Shown in pieces: positions 34,104 to 42,844 of a stretch of DNA of 58,686 nucleotides. The notes beneath the pieces were generated by a model. It did no database searches, was not told the DNA's origin, and worked only from the letters and a program-made list of their open reading frames with translations. The position numbers and the translations under genes are program-made. Each line of letters begins with the position of its first letter. Positions within the stretch are counted from its first letter, which is position 1. This DNA is from Minisyncoccia bacterium (GTDB taxonomy: Bacteria > Patescibacteriota > Minisyncoccia > Phycocordibacterales > UBA9973). The stretch is taken from positions 1-58,686 of the forward strand of contig CBFIGQ010000022.1 in NCBI GenBank assembly GCA_965662335.1. The letters are read 5' to 3'.

Positions 34104-36049
34104 TGTATGCCGCTATAACAGCGGCTTTTTTATTTGCTATACTATCTACATCTATGGTTCCATACGATCCCGAACACATCACGTATTTTGCAGAGACTGA
34201 CGCGCGAGGGCAGCGCATCAAGTTTGGTATCAAGAGTCGCGACCGTACGCGCCACATGTATGTGATTGGTAAAAGTGGTGTGGGTAAGTCTACACTTCTT
34301 GAAAACATGGCGATTCAAGACATTGCGCATGGTGAAGGGGTAGCTGTGCTTGACCCGCACGGATCATTTGCCGAGAAGATGCTTGAGTATATTCCTGAGC
34401 ACCGCATCAAGGATGTCGTGTATTTTGCGCCGTTTAATACAGACAATCCTATTTCATTTAATGTGCTCGAAGATGTGGGGCATGACAAACGCCACCTCGT
34501 CGCCTCTGGACTCATGTCATCATTTAAGAAAATATGGGTAGATGCCTGGAGCGCGCGTATGGAGTACATCCTCAACAATATCTTGCTCGCACTCCTAGAG
34601 TATCCAGACGCAACTCTACTCGGCGTCAACCGTATGCTCTCGGATAAGGTATACCGCAATAAGGTTGTGGAAAATCTCACTGACCCATCGGTTAAAAGTT
34701 TTTGGACTGATGAATTTGCAAAGTATGGCGAGCGCTATATGCAAGAGGCGGGCGCTGCTATTCAAAACAAGATCGGTCAGTTTACTGCAAATCCACTCGT
34801 GCGTAACATCATCGGTCAGCCCAAGAGTACCTTTGATATTCGAAAGATTATGGATGAGCAAAAAATTCTCATCATCAACCTCTCAAAGGGGCGTATTGGT
34901 GAACAAAACACCTCACTACTTGGAAGTATGATTATTACTAAGATCTACCTTGGAGCGATGAGTCGCGCCGAGCTCACTGCGAGCCGCATGGGAGGGCTTT
35001 CCAACTTTTACTTTTATGTTGACGAATTCCAGTCATTTGCAAATGAGACATTTGCAGATATTCTCGCAGAGGCGCGTAAATATCGTCTCGCACTCATTAT
35101 TGCGCACCAGTATGTCGCGCAGATGGAAGAAAAAGTGCGTGATGCGGTATTTGGAAACGTAGGTACTACTATTAGTTTTCGTGTGGGGCCGCTCGATGCA
35201 GAGCTCCTTGAGAAAGTATTTGCGCCGCAGTTTACTGCAAATGACATCATCAACCTTGGTATGGCAGAGATATACCTCACCCTTATGATCAATGACATCG
35301 GTTCACAGCCGTTTTCAGCACGCACGCTCCCCCCACTCCAGCGTCCTGCTATAACCTTTAGAAACGATGCAATAGAATGGTCGCGTCAGGCATATGCCGC
35401 TCCAAAGGATACCGTTGAAACAAATATCCGAGAATGGTATGCCGATGGGCAAGATGAACTCAAGGCACTCGAAGAACAGGCAAAAAATAAAAAGAAACTC
35501 ACCTTTGCCGATGGACAAGCGCCACGACAATTTACTCCGCGCCAGCCTGATACAAGTGGCTTTATACGTAATACGCAGGCACCTGCACAAGGATTTATTA
35601 AAAAACAATTTTCTGCAAAGCCCGAAGCTCCCGCCCACAAGCCATTTGCAAAAGCGCTTAAGCAAACTACTCCAGTGAGTGAAGAGAGGGTAATTGTGAA
35701 GGATAAAGAAATCCATACCCATGAAGTCACCGTAAAAGCGTCTTCACAATTAAAGAACCTTCTCGATGCTATCGATGGAGCGCCAACTGATATCGAGGTA
35801 GAAGATTCAGCACCAAAGCCACCAGCTCCTTTCTCTGGTGAGAAACCGCTTCGCGAATCTATTCCACCAGTAAAGCACGCAGAACGTGGACCTACTGAAA
35901 AAAATAAAGATCTCCTGCGTGCAGCATTGCAGGGGATAAGTAAGCCAGTGAGTGCGCCAGCGCAAAAGAACAACGAGCAAAGTGAGCAGCCCAGAGCGCC
36001 CTTATCAACAGAAGTCTCTCAAGAAGATCTCAAAAAAGTCCTTGAATGA
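34103..36049 (+). CDS. VirD4/TraD-like type IV coupling protein-family P-loop ATPase with a ~200-aa disordered C-terminal tail
   Basis: YVIGKSGVGKST Walker A, VLDPHG, FYFYVDEFQSF Walker B, ARKYRLALIIAHQY. The tail is rich in P/A/Q/K. Confidence 0.7.
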   Translation: MYAAITAAFLFAILSTSMVPYDPEHITYFAETDARGQRIKFGIKSRDRTRHMYVIGKSGVGKSTLLENMAIQDIAHGEGVAVLDPHGSFAEKMLEYIPEHRIKDVVYFAPFNTDNPISFNVLEDVGHDKRHLVASGLMSSFKKIWVDAWSARMEYILNNILLALLEYPDATLLGVNRMLSDKVYRNKVVENLTDPSVKSFWTDEFAKYGERYMQEAGAAIQNKIGQFTANPLVRNIIGQPKSTFDIRKIMDEQKILIINLSKGRIGEQNTSLLGSMIITKIYLGAMSRAELTASRMGGLSNFYFYVDEFQSFANETFADILAEARKYRLALIIAHQYVAQMEEKVRDAVFGNVGTTISFRVGPLDAELLEKVFAPQFTANDIINLGMAEIYLTLMINDIGSQPFSARTLPPLQRPAITFRNDAIEWSRQAYAAPKDTVETNIREWYADGQDELKALEEQAKNKKKLTFADGQAPRQFTPRQPDTSGFIRNTQAPAQGFIKKQFSAKPEAPAHKPFAKALKQTTPVSEERVIVKDKEIHTHEVTVKASSQLKNLLDAIDGAPTDIEVEDSAPKPPAPFSGEKPLRESIPPVKHAERGPTEKNKDLLRAALQGISKPVSAPAQKNNEQSEQPRAPLSTEVSQEDLKKVLE

Positions 36050-37359
36050 GAACAATATGTTTCGTAGGAGTACTTGTGTGGTGTATACCACTTTTTGTGC
36101 ATGCCAGTGTTCGTATTACCGAAGTTGCGTGGATGGGAACGACTGAGAGTCAGTATTCTGAGTGGCTTGAGCTGTATAACGATGGAAGTGAGAGTGTAAA
36201 TCTAGCCGGATGGAAATTGCTTGAAGGATCGGGCGCAACTATTTTTACCCTTACCAAAACTATTGGATCTGGGGAGTATCTACTCGTCGAGCGCACAACT
36301 GCAAGCGCACCTGATGCAGTGCCGAGTGTAAATGATGAATCTGGCCCCTTTGGTGGTGGAGGACTTGCAAACACGGGAGAAGATATCACACTCGTTACTT
36401 CAGGAGGGGTGACTGAAGATGAGCTCGACTATGCTTCAGGCTGGCCGGCGGGAGATGCAACTACCAAAGAAACAATGCAGTGGAACGGGTCTGGTTGGTC
36501 AACCGCACCAGCTACACCCAAGAAAGGGTATGACGGAAGTGGTGCTCAAGAACCAGATGACGCAGATGAACTGCCCACAGACCCTATCCCGACAGTTTCT
36601 CCTAATAAGCCAGGTATTCAATTTGTTGTACCAAAGACTGTATGGGTGCATACAGAATATGAGTACATCGCGAAACCAATGCTCGAGTTTAACTATCAGC
36701 TTCTTACGGGAGATTTGCTCTGGAATATGGGTGATGGCACACTCATACATCAAAATACTGTCGCTCCTATTTATCATACATACGAATATCCAGGTACCTA
36801 TACTATCCATTACTCATACAAAGACCCGTACAATGAGCATCAACCACTGGAGGGTACCGTCGCGGTAGTAGTTAAAAGCCCAGAGCTTGTCGCAAGTTCT
36901 ACTGACAATGGAAAGGCAGTTCTTCTTGAAAATAACAGTTCTCAGCCAGTTGATCTGTCGGGGTGGTCACTAGCTGCAGATGGTAGATCAATTGCACTGC
37001 CTGTAGACACCGTCGTCGCTGCAAAGGCTCAAGTTGTACTGCCGCTCCGCGCAGTCGGTGTGTATAGCGCAAAACAGATAACGCTCATTGATCCTTCAGG
37101 TTCAGTTTTAACTATTCCGAAAATAGTTAGTGTGAGTACTCCAGTTGATGAGACAGTCTATGATCCTATAGATACTCAAGACTTTGTTGCTGAGGCGAGT
37201 AGTGGAGTGGTAGAACGAACTACTTCTTCTACACCAATACAAAAGCGCACCAAATACATTATATTTGGTGCGCTTGCGTTGTTCGTTATTGGCTTGTCGA
37301 TACTCCTCGAGCGGTTTATGGCCCGACAGGAGTATTCGTCTGTGGAGTTGAAAGAGTAG
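36046..37359 (+). CDS. Secreted, C-terminally anchored protein with two lamin-tail-like domains and a PKD-like domain
   Basis: Signal peptide IPLFVHA/SV. LTD-like VRITEVAWMG...EWLELYNDGSESVNLAGWKL and LLENNSSQPVDLSGWSL. PKD-like WNMGDGT...HTYEYPGTYTI. C-terminal TM helix. The start overlaps the upstream stop (ATGA). Confidence 0.7.
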   Translation: MRTICFVGVLVWCIPLFVHASVRITEVAWMGTTESQYSEWLELYNDGSESVNLAGWKLLEGSGATIFTLTKTIGSGEYLLVERTTASAPDAVPSVNDESGPFGGGGLANTGEDITLVTSGGVTEDELDYASGWPAGDATTKETMQWNGSGWSTAPATPKKGYDGSGAQEPDDADELPTDPIPTVSPNKPGIQFVVPKTVWVHTEYEYIAKPMLEFNYQLLTGDLLWNMGDGTLIHQNTVAPIYHTYEYPGTYTIHYSYKDPYNEHQPLEGTVAVVVKSPELVASSTDNGKAVLLENNSSQPVDLSGWSLAADGRSIALPVDTVVAAKAQVVLPLRAVGVYSAKQITLIDPSGSVLTIPKIVSVSTPVDETVYDPIDTQDFVAEASSGVVERTTSSTPIQKRTKYIIFGALALFVIGLSILLERFMARQEYSSVELKE

Positions 37360-38074
37360 CTGAAGCAGAGGCGCTCGTTGCTGTTGTTGTGGCTGCGCTC
37401 GTCGAGAGGTATGCTGCATTTGTTGCAGATACATCAGAGGCAATAGCGTCAACTTCTTTTGAGAGGATTTTTACTTCCTGGGTTGATACTTTTGCGAGTG
37501 TACTATCTAGCGCAGCTGCCGCATCAGGGTTTGCGAGTGTTTCTTTGTTTGCCTTGAGTGTGTCCTCAAGTGTTGCTGTTGCTGCAAGGGCAGCAGAAGG
37601 AGCAGTATCACTGAGGGTTGAGAGGTCTGCTGAGAGCGCCTCTATGTGTTCATCGAGTGCTTTTTGAACGGTTGCTTGTTTCGCCTTGGTGAGGGTCTTG
37701 GTTTCAGAGAGTGTCTTTATTTCATTGACACGAGTTTCAACACGCTTTGCATTGTACGCCACTTTTTCTTCTGGAGTTTTTTGAAATAGTCCTTTTACTT
37801 CTTCGTTTACATTGAGCTTAAACGCGTAGAGTGGATCGCCAGGGAGCGCGCTATCAGCAACTGCAGACACAGTACCCCCTACGAGCAAGAAAAACATGAA
37901 GCTTGAAAGCGCCATGCGAAGTCCCACATGCAGTCCTTTATGAAAGAGTGATGGAACACTACCTTTTGGATGTGTTTGCATGTAGTGTACGAGATGTGCT
38001 CGAACAGCCCCGCGTTCAGTGTCGCTGAGACGAAGTTGCTTGAGTGAGTTAAGTTTTTGTAAATTATGTTCCAT
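37316..38074 (-). CDS. Putative anti-sigma factor (single TM helix plus a DUF5667-like extracytoplasmic helical domain)
   Basis: It overlaps the stop of the ECF sigma gene. TM helix ALSSFMFFLLVGGTVSAVA, then GDPLYAFKLNVNEEVKGLF. Confidence 0.55.
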   Translation of the reverse strand: MEHNLQKLNSLKQLRLSDTERGAVRAHLVHYMQTHPKGSVPSLFHKGLHVGLRMALSSFMFFLLVGGTVSAVADSALPGDPLYAFKLNVNEEVKGLFQKTPEEKVAYNAKRVETRVNEIKTLSETKTLTKAKQATVQKALDEHIEALSADLSTLSDTAPSAALAATATLEDTLKANKETLANPDAAAALDSTLAKVSTQEVKILSKEVDAIASDVSATNAAYLSTSAATTTATSASASATLSTPQTNTPVGP

Positions 38075-38609
38075 GTGAATATGTGTCGCGCAATTTTTTA
38101 ATGATTCGATGTATATGAACCGTCATGGCATTGACGCTTTTGCCATAGAGACTTGCTATTTCTTCAATAGGTTTTTCCTCGGTGTACCGCAGAAATATAA
38201 TCTGCTTGCTATCTTCGTCGAGTGTCTCAAGAAGGGTTCGAATTTCTTCGATACTATCTTGGCGCAGTATCTCGTCGACACTATCAGTACTTCCCGGATC
38301 AAACCCTCCATCTAGAAGGGTATCAAGTGAGCCGGACTTTGCCTTTTTGTAGTAGTCAATAAGTGCGTTTTTTGCAGCTCGGTAGAGAAATGCTTCAGGG
38401 TATTCAATGGACTTACCTTGCGAGAGATAGAGCCATGTCTTGGTAAATACGTCCTGAGTCAGATCTACTGCCAATGCACGGTTGCCAATACGGAAATAGA
38501 TAAAACGAAATAGTGCATCTTCATGAGAAGTGAGCATGTCGAGGAAGAGTGCCTCGGTATCCTGTTGTGCTGGATCAGTCTTTCCTTGTGACGACTGAGG
38601 GTGCTGCAT
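38064..38609 (-). CDS. ECF-type RNA polymerase sigma factor
   Basis: Region 2 (FRFIYFRIGNRALAVDLTQDVFTKTW) and region 4 (IIFLRYTEEKPIEEIASLYGKSVNAMTVHIHR). Confidence 0.82.
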   Translation of the reverse strand: MQHPQSSQGKTDPAQQDTEALFLDMLTSHEDALFRFIYFRIGNRALAVDLTQDVFTKTWLYLSQGKSIEYPEAFLYRAAKNALIDYYKKAKSGSLDTLLDGGFDPGSTDSVDEILRQDSIEEIRTLLETLDEDSKQIIFLRYTEEKPIEEIASLYGKSVNAMTVHIHRIIKKLRDTYSHGT

Positions 38610-38680
38610 ATTACAAGTATAGCATGAGAGTGTATATAGGTATTTTGCTGGTTTTCCCTTGAAAGGCTATACTTTGGGAC

Positions 38681-39904
38681 ATGAAAACATGCTCTGCCAA
38701 GGTAGTCGTCGTAGGAAGCGGATTTGCGGGAATTGAGGTTATACAGACCCTCAAAAAAAGACGCGTCCCCGTAGAGATCACCCTTGTTACCAAAGACCCG
38801 ATCTTTCAGTACTATCCAGCGCTCTACAAGCTCGTCACCGGGGCGCTCCCTATCGAGGTATCCGTACCAGTCACAGACATACTACATCAGGTGCATATGA
38901 TCGAAGGGGAATTCACAGCGCTTGATCAATCCGCACAGACTATCACAATCAATACCAAAGAGGGAATACAAGTACAACAATACGACTACCTCGTCCTTGC
39001 GCTCGGGAGTGAGACTAACTTTTTCAACATCCAAGGCCTCCCTGAGCTATCATATAGTTTCAAATCAGTTGATGCGGCTCTCAAGCTCAAGCGGCATTTT
39101 TGTGACATCATGGGCAAGGCCAAGACCGCAACAAAAGAAGATGCAGTAAAACTACTACACGTACTTATTGTAGGAGGAGGACCATCTGGAGTAGAGCTTG
39201 CTGGAGATCTCCGGAGTTATCTCACACGCCTTGCACAGGAGTTTGCGGTCGATCCAAGCTTTGTGACCATAGACCTTATTGAGGCAAATGCTCGCGTACT
39301 TCCGACGCTCCCAGAAACAGTTTCAAAGAAAGTAGAAGCTCGACTGAGGAAAATGGGTGTCAATATTTTTGTAAATCGCGCACTTGCATCTCAAGAGGTA
39401 GAGGAAGTGATGCTCAAGGATATGTCTGTGGATTCGCACACAGTGATATGGACTGCTGGTACGCGTATCAACAGTGTGTATACGACACTACAAAACATCA
39501 CCCTCGATGAGCGTAAGCGAGTGATGGTAACTGACACACTCACACTTCCGAGCGACAACCATATTTTCATTGCAGGTGACGGAGCAGGGACGCTTTATAG
39601 CGGACTTGCACAAACTGCCATCGAGCATGGCAAATATGTCGCGCGAGCTATAGAGACTTTGGAATATTGTGAGACTCCCAAACCATTTGTACCCACCAGA
39701 CCTACGTTTGTGATACCGGTAGGGGTAGGGTGGGCTGTCCTTAACTACAAAAACTTTTCTGTCACTGGTTGGATCCCGTATATACTGCGCAGTCTTGTTG
39801 ATTTTAGATATTTCACCCATATAGTTCCTCTTTCCTATGTATTTTCTGTATTTCAAAAGGGAAAAAAGTACCGAAAAGTCAAAGGTGGCTGCGCCTTGGA
39901 ATAG
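38681..39904 (+). CDS. ndh: Type II NADH dehydrogenase-like FAD-dependent oxidoreductase
   Basis: VVVVGSGFAGIE and LIVGGGPSGVELAGDL dinucleotide-binding motifs, and IFIAGDGA. Confidence 0.82.
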   Translation: MKTCSAKVVVVGSGFAGIEVIQTLKKRRVPVEITLVTKDPIFQYYPALYKLVTGALPIEVSVPVTDILHQVHMIEGEFTALDQSAQTITINTKEGIQVQQYDYLVLALGSETNFFNIQGLPELSYSFKSVDAALKLKRHFCDIMGKAKTATKEDAVKLLHVLIVGGGPSGVELAGDLRSYLTRLAQEFAVDPSFVTIDLIEANARVLPTLPETVSKKVEARLRKMGVNIFVNRALASQEVEEVMLKDMSVDSHTVIWTAGTRINSVYTTLQNITLDERKRVMVTDTLTLPSDNHIFIAGDGAGTLYSGLAQTAIEHGKYVARAIETLEYCETPKPFVPTRPTFVIPVGVGWAVLNYKNFSVTGWIPYILRSLVDFRYFTHIVPLSYVFSVFQKGKKYRKVKGGCALE

Positions 39905-39965
39905 GTATTGACTTTTTTATAATAAATGGGTATATTCGTAAAAAATAATCTTTAAATTTACCTAA

Positions 39966-40325
39966 ATGTCAGACATTTCAAAAAAGTACCAATATGTCGA
40001 ATATGGTAGTATAGATCACGAAATATATCTTCTGAAAAAAATTATTGAAAATCCACCCGAAGGTATGACTGAGCGAAAACTACAGATAGCTAAAGATGAG
40101 CTTGAAAAATTGATATGTAAACGTGCTGAACCACTGAGTAACCTGCATTGCGAAAAAGCAGAACAAAAAAGTTTTATCAGTGCAATTATAGAATTTTTCA
40201 GCTTTAAGTTGATAAAGGAAAAAATTGAGGCATCAAAAGAGCTCAGGAAATTACACAAACCAGGTAAGAGACTTCGTGAGAACCATCGATTTGACAATTT
40301 TGACGAAAATAAGTCTTACGCTTAA
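39966..40325 (+). CDS. Hypothetical protein (AT-rich, helical, Lys/Glu-rich)
   Basis: 119-aa ATG ORF followed by a terminator. No motif recognised. Confidence 0.45.
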   Translation: MSDISKKYQYVEYGSIDHEIYLLKKIIENPPEGMTERKLQIAKDELEKLICKRAEPLSNLHCEKAEQKSFISAIIEFFSFKLIKEKIEASKELRKLHKPGKRLRENHRFDNFDENKSYA

Positions 40326-40326
40326 C

Positions 40327-40353
40327 AAAAAGGAAGCCTTACGCTTCCTTTTT
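40327..40353. terminator. Bidirectional terminator
   Basis: aaaaaggaagccttacgcttccttttt. Confidence 0.8.
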
Positions 40354-40931
40354 TATTTCCCAATTTTCTTTAGTGCGAGCGGGATTTTCTTGAAATCATT
40401 CAGCAGTTCGCTGCGGAGCGATCCGTTGTATAGCGCTGCTGCGGGGTGGTAGAGCGGGAGAAAGTGCGTAGTAGGGATATGGGCAAATTTCTTGACGAGT
40501 AGTTTGCCGTGCACTGCAGATATTTTTTCAGTAGGGAAAAAGTCATTCAGCGAATGCCTCCCGAGGAACACAATGATGTCTGGGTGTATGAGAGAGAGCT
40601 CTGCATAAAGCCATGCTTCACACGCTTCTTTTTCATCGGGTAGTGGATCGCGGTTGTTGGGCGGCCGGTATTTTACAATATTGGTGATATAGATATCCTC
40701 TCGCTCCATACCAATAGATGCAAGCATTTCATTGAGGAATTTCCCGGCTGCTCCCACAAAGGGGATGCCTGTCTCATCCTCACTTTTTCCTGGAGCTTCT
40801 CCAATAAACACTACGCGAGCTTGTGGATTGCCACTTCCAAATACAGCGCGTTTTGCACTATCTTTCAAAGCGCAGGTATTTGCCTTTGCCCAATACTCAT
40901 GGAGCTCATAGAGTGCTTCGGCGGGGTTCAT
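40353..40931 (-). CDS. Family 4 uracil-DNA glycosylase
   Basis: GEAPGKSEDETGIPFVGAAGKFL and the HPAAALY motif. Confidence 0.9.
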   Translation of the reverse strand: MNPAEALYELHEYWAKANTCALKDSAKRAVFGSGNPQARVVFIGEAPGKSEDETGIPFVGAAGKFLNEMLASIGMEREDIYITNIVKYRPPNNRDPLPDEKEACEAWLYAELSLIHPDIIVFLGRHSLNDFFPTEKISAVHGKLLVKKFAHIPTTHFLPLYHPAAALYNGSLRSELLNDFKKIPLALKKIGK

Positions 40932-40970
40932 GGTTTCATTATAGTATTATTTTTGGTATAGTCAGGGTCT

Positions 40971-41273
40971 ATGGGACTAAAATCATTTTTCATCAAAAAA
41001 ACCCTTCAAATGAAGGGTGTACCAAAGGAGCAGGCAGAGCAGATCGCTCAGCAGCTTTCTGACAATCCAGAACTCGCGCAGTCACTCAAGGCACTCGAGA
41101 GCAATCCAGAGGTGAAGGAGTTGTTTGAAAATATCCAAAAAGATATCGAAGAAAAGAAAAAAGGTGGCATGAATGAAATGTACGCAGCGGTCTCGGTCAT
41201 GGAGAAATACAAAGCGCAAATTGCAAAGCACCGCGACGAACTCGCCCCGCTCATGAAATTGATGGGAAAGTAA
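40971..41273 (+). CDS. Hypothetical helical protein
   Basis: 100-aa ATG ORF followed by a terminator. No motif recognised. Confidence 0.45.
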   Translation: MGLKSFFIKKTLQMKGVPKEQAEQIAQQLSDNPELAQSLKALESNPEVKELFENIQKDIEEKKKGGMNEMYAAVSVMEKYKAQIAKHRDELAPLMKLMGK

Positions 41274-41276
41274 TTG

Positions 41277-41304
41277 TAAAAAATCCCACCAGTTGGTGGG
41301 ATTT
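41277..41304. terminator. Bidirectional terminator
   Basis: aaaaaatcccaccagttggtgggattt. Confidence 0.8.
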
Positions 41305-41735
41305 CATTTCTTTTTTGTGTGATAATGTTTTTTACCTTTTTTGTAAAACACTAAGTTGTTACTTGGTTGCTGCATGTTCGACACCTTATGCTCTGTATAC
41401 GCAAGAAACTTCCGTATTGCTACACAGGTTTTGTCTCGGATATTGCGCGCACTGTGACAGGCAAATATTTCCAAGGGCACAACACCGTGATTCATCAATT
41501 CTTCAGATAAACGTTCGCTGATTTTGTATGACTTGATTTGGATGCGGTATGGCTTTCCTTCAGTATGGAGAATCAAGGCATCTGTTTTCTCATAGAGATC
41601 CTCAGGCCTTGTTGGCCGGACTACTGCGATCATCCAAGAACGGTACTTAGTTTTATCTTCCCAGGCTCTAAAAAAATGCTCCTCAGCAAGTTTACCTCGT
41701 TGATGCCTCAGTGTTCCTGGCCAATGGGTACTCAT
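41304..41735 (-). CDS. Hypothetical protein with a possible PD-(D/E)xK nuclease-fold signature
   Basis: GKLAEEHFFRAW followed by TDALILHTEGKPYRIQIKSY (a D...Q-I-K pattern). The C-terminal tail is Lys-rich. Confidence 0.35.
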   Translation of the reverse strand: MSTHWPGTLRHQRGKLAEEHFFRAWEDKTKYRSWMIAVVRPTRPEDLYEKTDALILHTEGKPYRIQIKSYKISERLSEELMNHGVVPLEIFACHSARNIRDKTCVAIRKFLAYTEHKVSNMQQPSNNLVFYKKGKKHYHTKKK

Positions 41736-41820
41736 TACTACCTCCTTTTTTAATTTTTTAAGATAATATTACAAATTAAATTTTTGTCAAATATTTTGAA
41801 ATCTGTTACTATACAACACT

Positions 41821-42810
41821 ATGAGTTTATCTATCGGCATCGTCGGCCTTCCAAATGTCGGCAAATCAACTCTCTTTAATGCGCTGACCAAAAAGGCAGT
41901 ACCAGCAGAGAATTATCCATTTTGTACTATCGACCCAAGTGTGGGTATTGTTGCCGTGCCTGACGAGCGGCTCTGGAAGCTTTCAGAATTTTCACAGAGC
42001 GCAAAAACAATCCCGAGTGCGATAGAGTTTGTCGATATCGCAGGACTTGTCGCAGGGGCGAGTAATGGGGAAGGGCTTGGTAATAAGTTCCTCCAAAATA
42101 TCCGCGAGGTAGATGCTATAGCGCATGTAGTGCGCGTCTTCCAAGACCCGGGCGTAATCCATGTTGCAAATGCTATCGACCCGCTCTCAGACATCGGCGT
42201 CATCAACCTCGAGCTCATACTGGCCGATATGGAAGTCGTGAGTAAGCGTCTAGGAAATCTTGCGCGTGAAGTAAAGCGTGGTGACAAAGAGGCAATAAAA
42301 GAACACGATATTGTATCGCGCATCGATACCGTGCTTCAGGCTGGGAAACTTGCAGTTGAGGCAGGGCTTACTGACGAAGAAGTATTTATGATTAAGTCGC
42401 TCAACCTTCTCACACTCAAGCCAATGCTCTATGTACTCAATACTTCAGAGGCAAATGAAAATGTAGAGTTCGCAGTCCCTGGTGCTTTTGTAAAGATTGA
42501 TAGCGTCTTTGAAAAAGGGTTCGATGACCTCATCGTTGAGGCATACAAACTCCTCGGTCTTGAGACATTTTTTACAACAGGAGCAGACGAAACACGCGCG
42601 TGGACTATGAAAAAGGGTTCGACCGCACCTTTTGCAGGTACTGCCATCCACACTGACTTCAAAGACAAATTCATTCGTGCAGAAGTTGTGTATTGGCAAA
42701 ATCTTCTTAATGCAGGAAGTTATGCTGAGGCACGTGCACAAGGGAAGGTGCGTACTGAAGGAAAGGAATACATTGTTAAAGATGGAGATGTCATAGAGTT
42801 TAAAATCTAA
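41821..42810 (+). CDS. ychF: Ribosome-binding ATPase YchF (short form)
   Basis: GIVGLPNVGKSTLFNALT, DIAGLV, and a C-terminal TGS-like GKEYIVKDGDVIEFK. Confidence 0.9.
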   Translation: MSLSIGIVGLPNVGKSTLFNALTKKAVPAENYPFCTIDPSVGIVAVPDERLWKLSEFSQSAKTIPSAIEFVDIAGLVAGASNGEGLGNKFLQNIREVDAIAHVVRVFQDPGVIHVANAIDPLSDIGVINLELILADMEVVSKRLGNLAREVKRGDKEAIKEHDIVSRIDTVLQAGKLAVEAGLTDEEVFMIKSLNLLTLKPMLYVLNTSEANENVEFAVPGAFVKIDSVFEKGFDDLIVEAYKLLGLETFFTTGADETRAWTMKKGSTAPFAGTAIHTDFKDKFIRAEVVYWQNLLNAGSYAEARAQGKVRTEGKEYIVKDGDVIEFKI

Positions 42811-42814
42811 TAAT

Positions 42815-42843
42815 AAACGCCGGTACATCAGTACCGGCGTATT
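42815..42843. terminator. Bidirectional terminator
   Basis: aaacgccggtacatcagtaccggcgt. Confidence 0.8.
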
Positions 42844-42844
42844 A

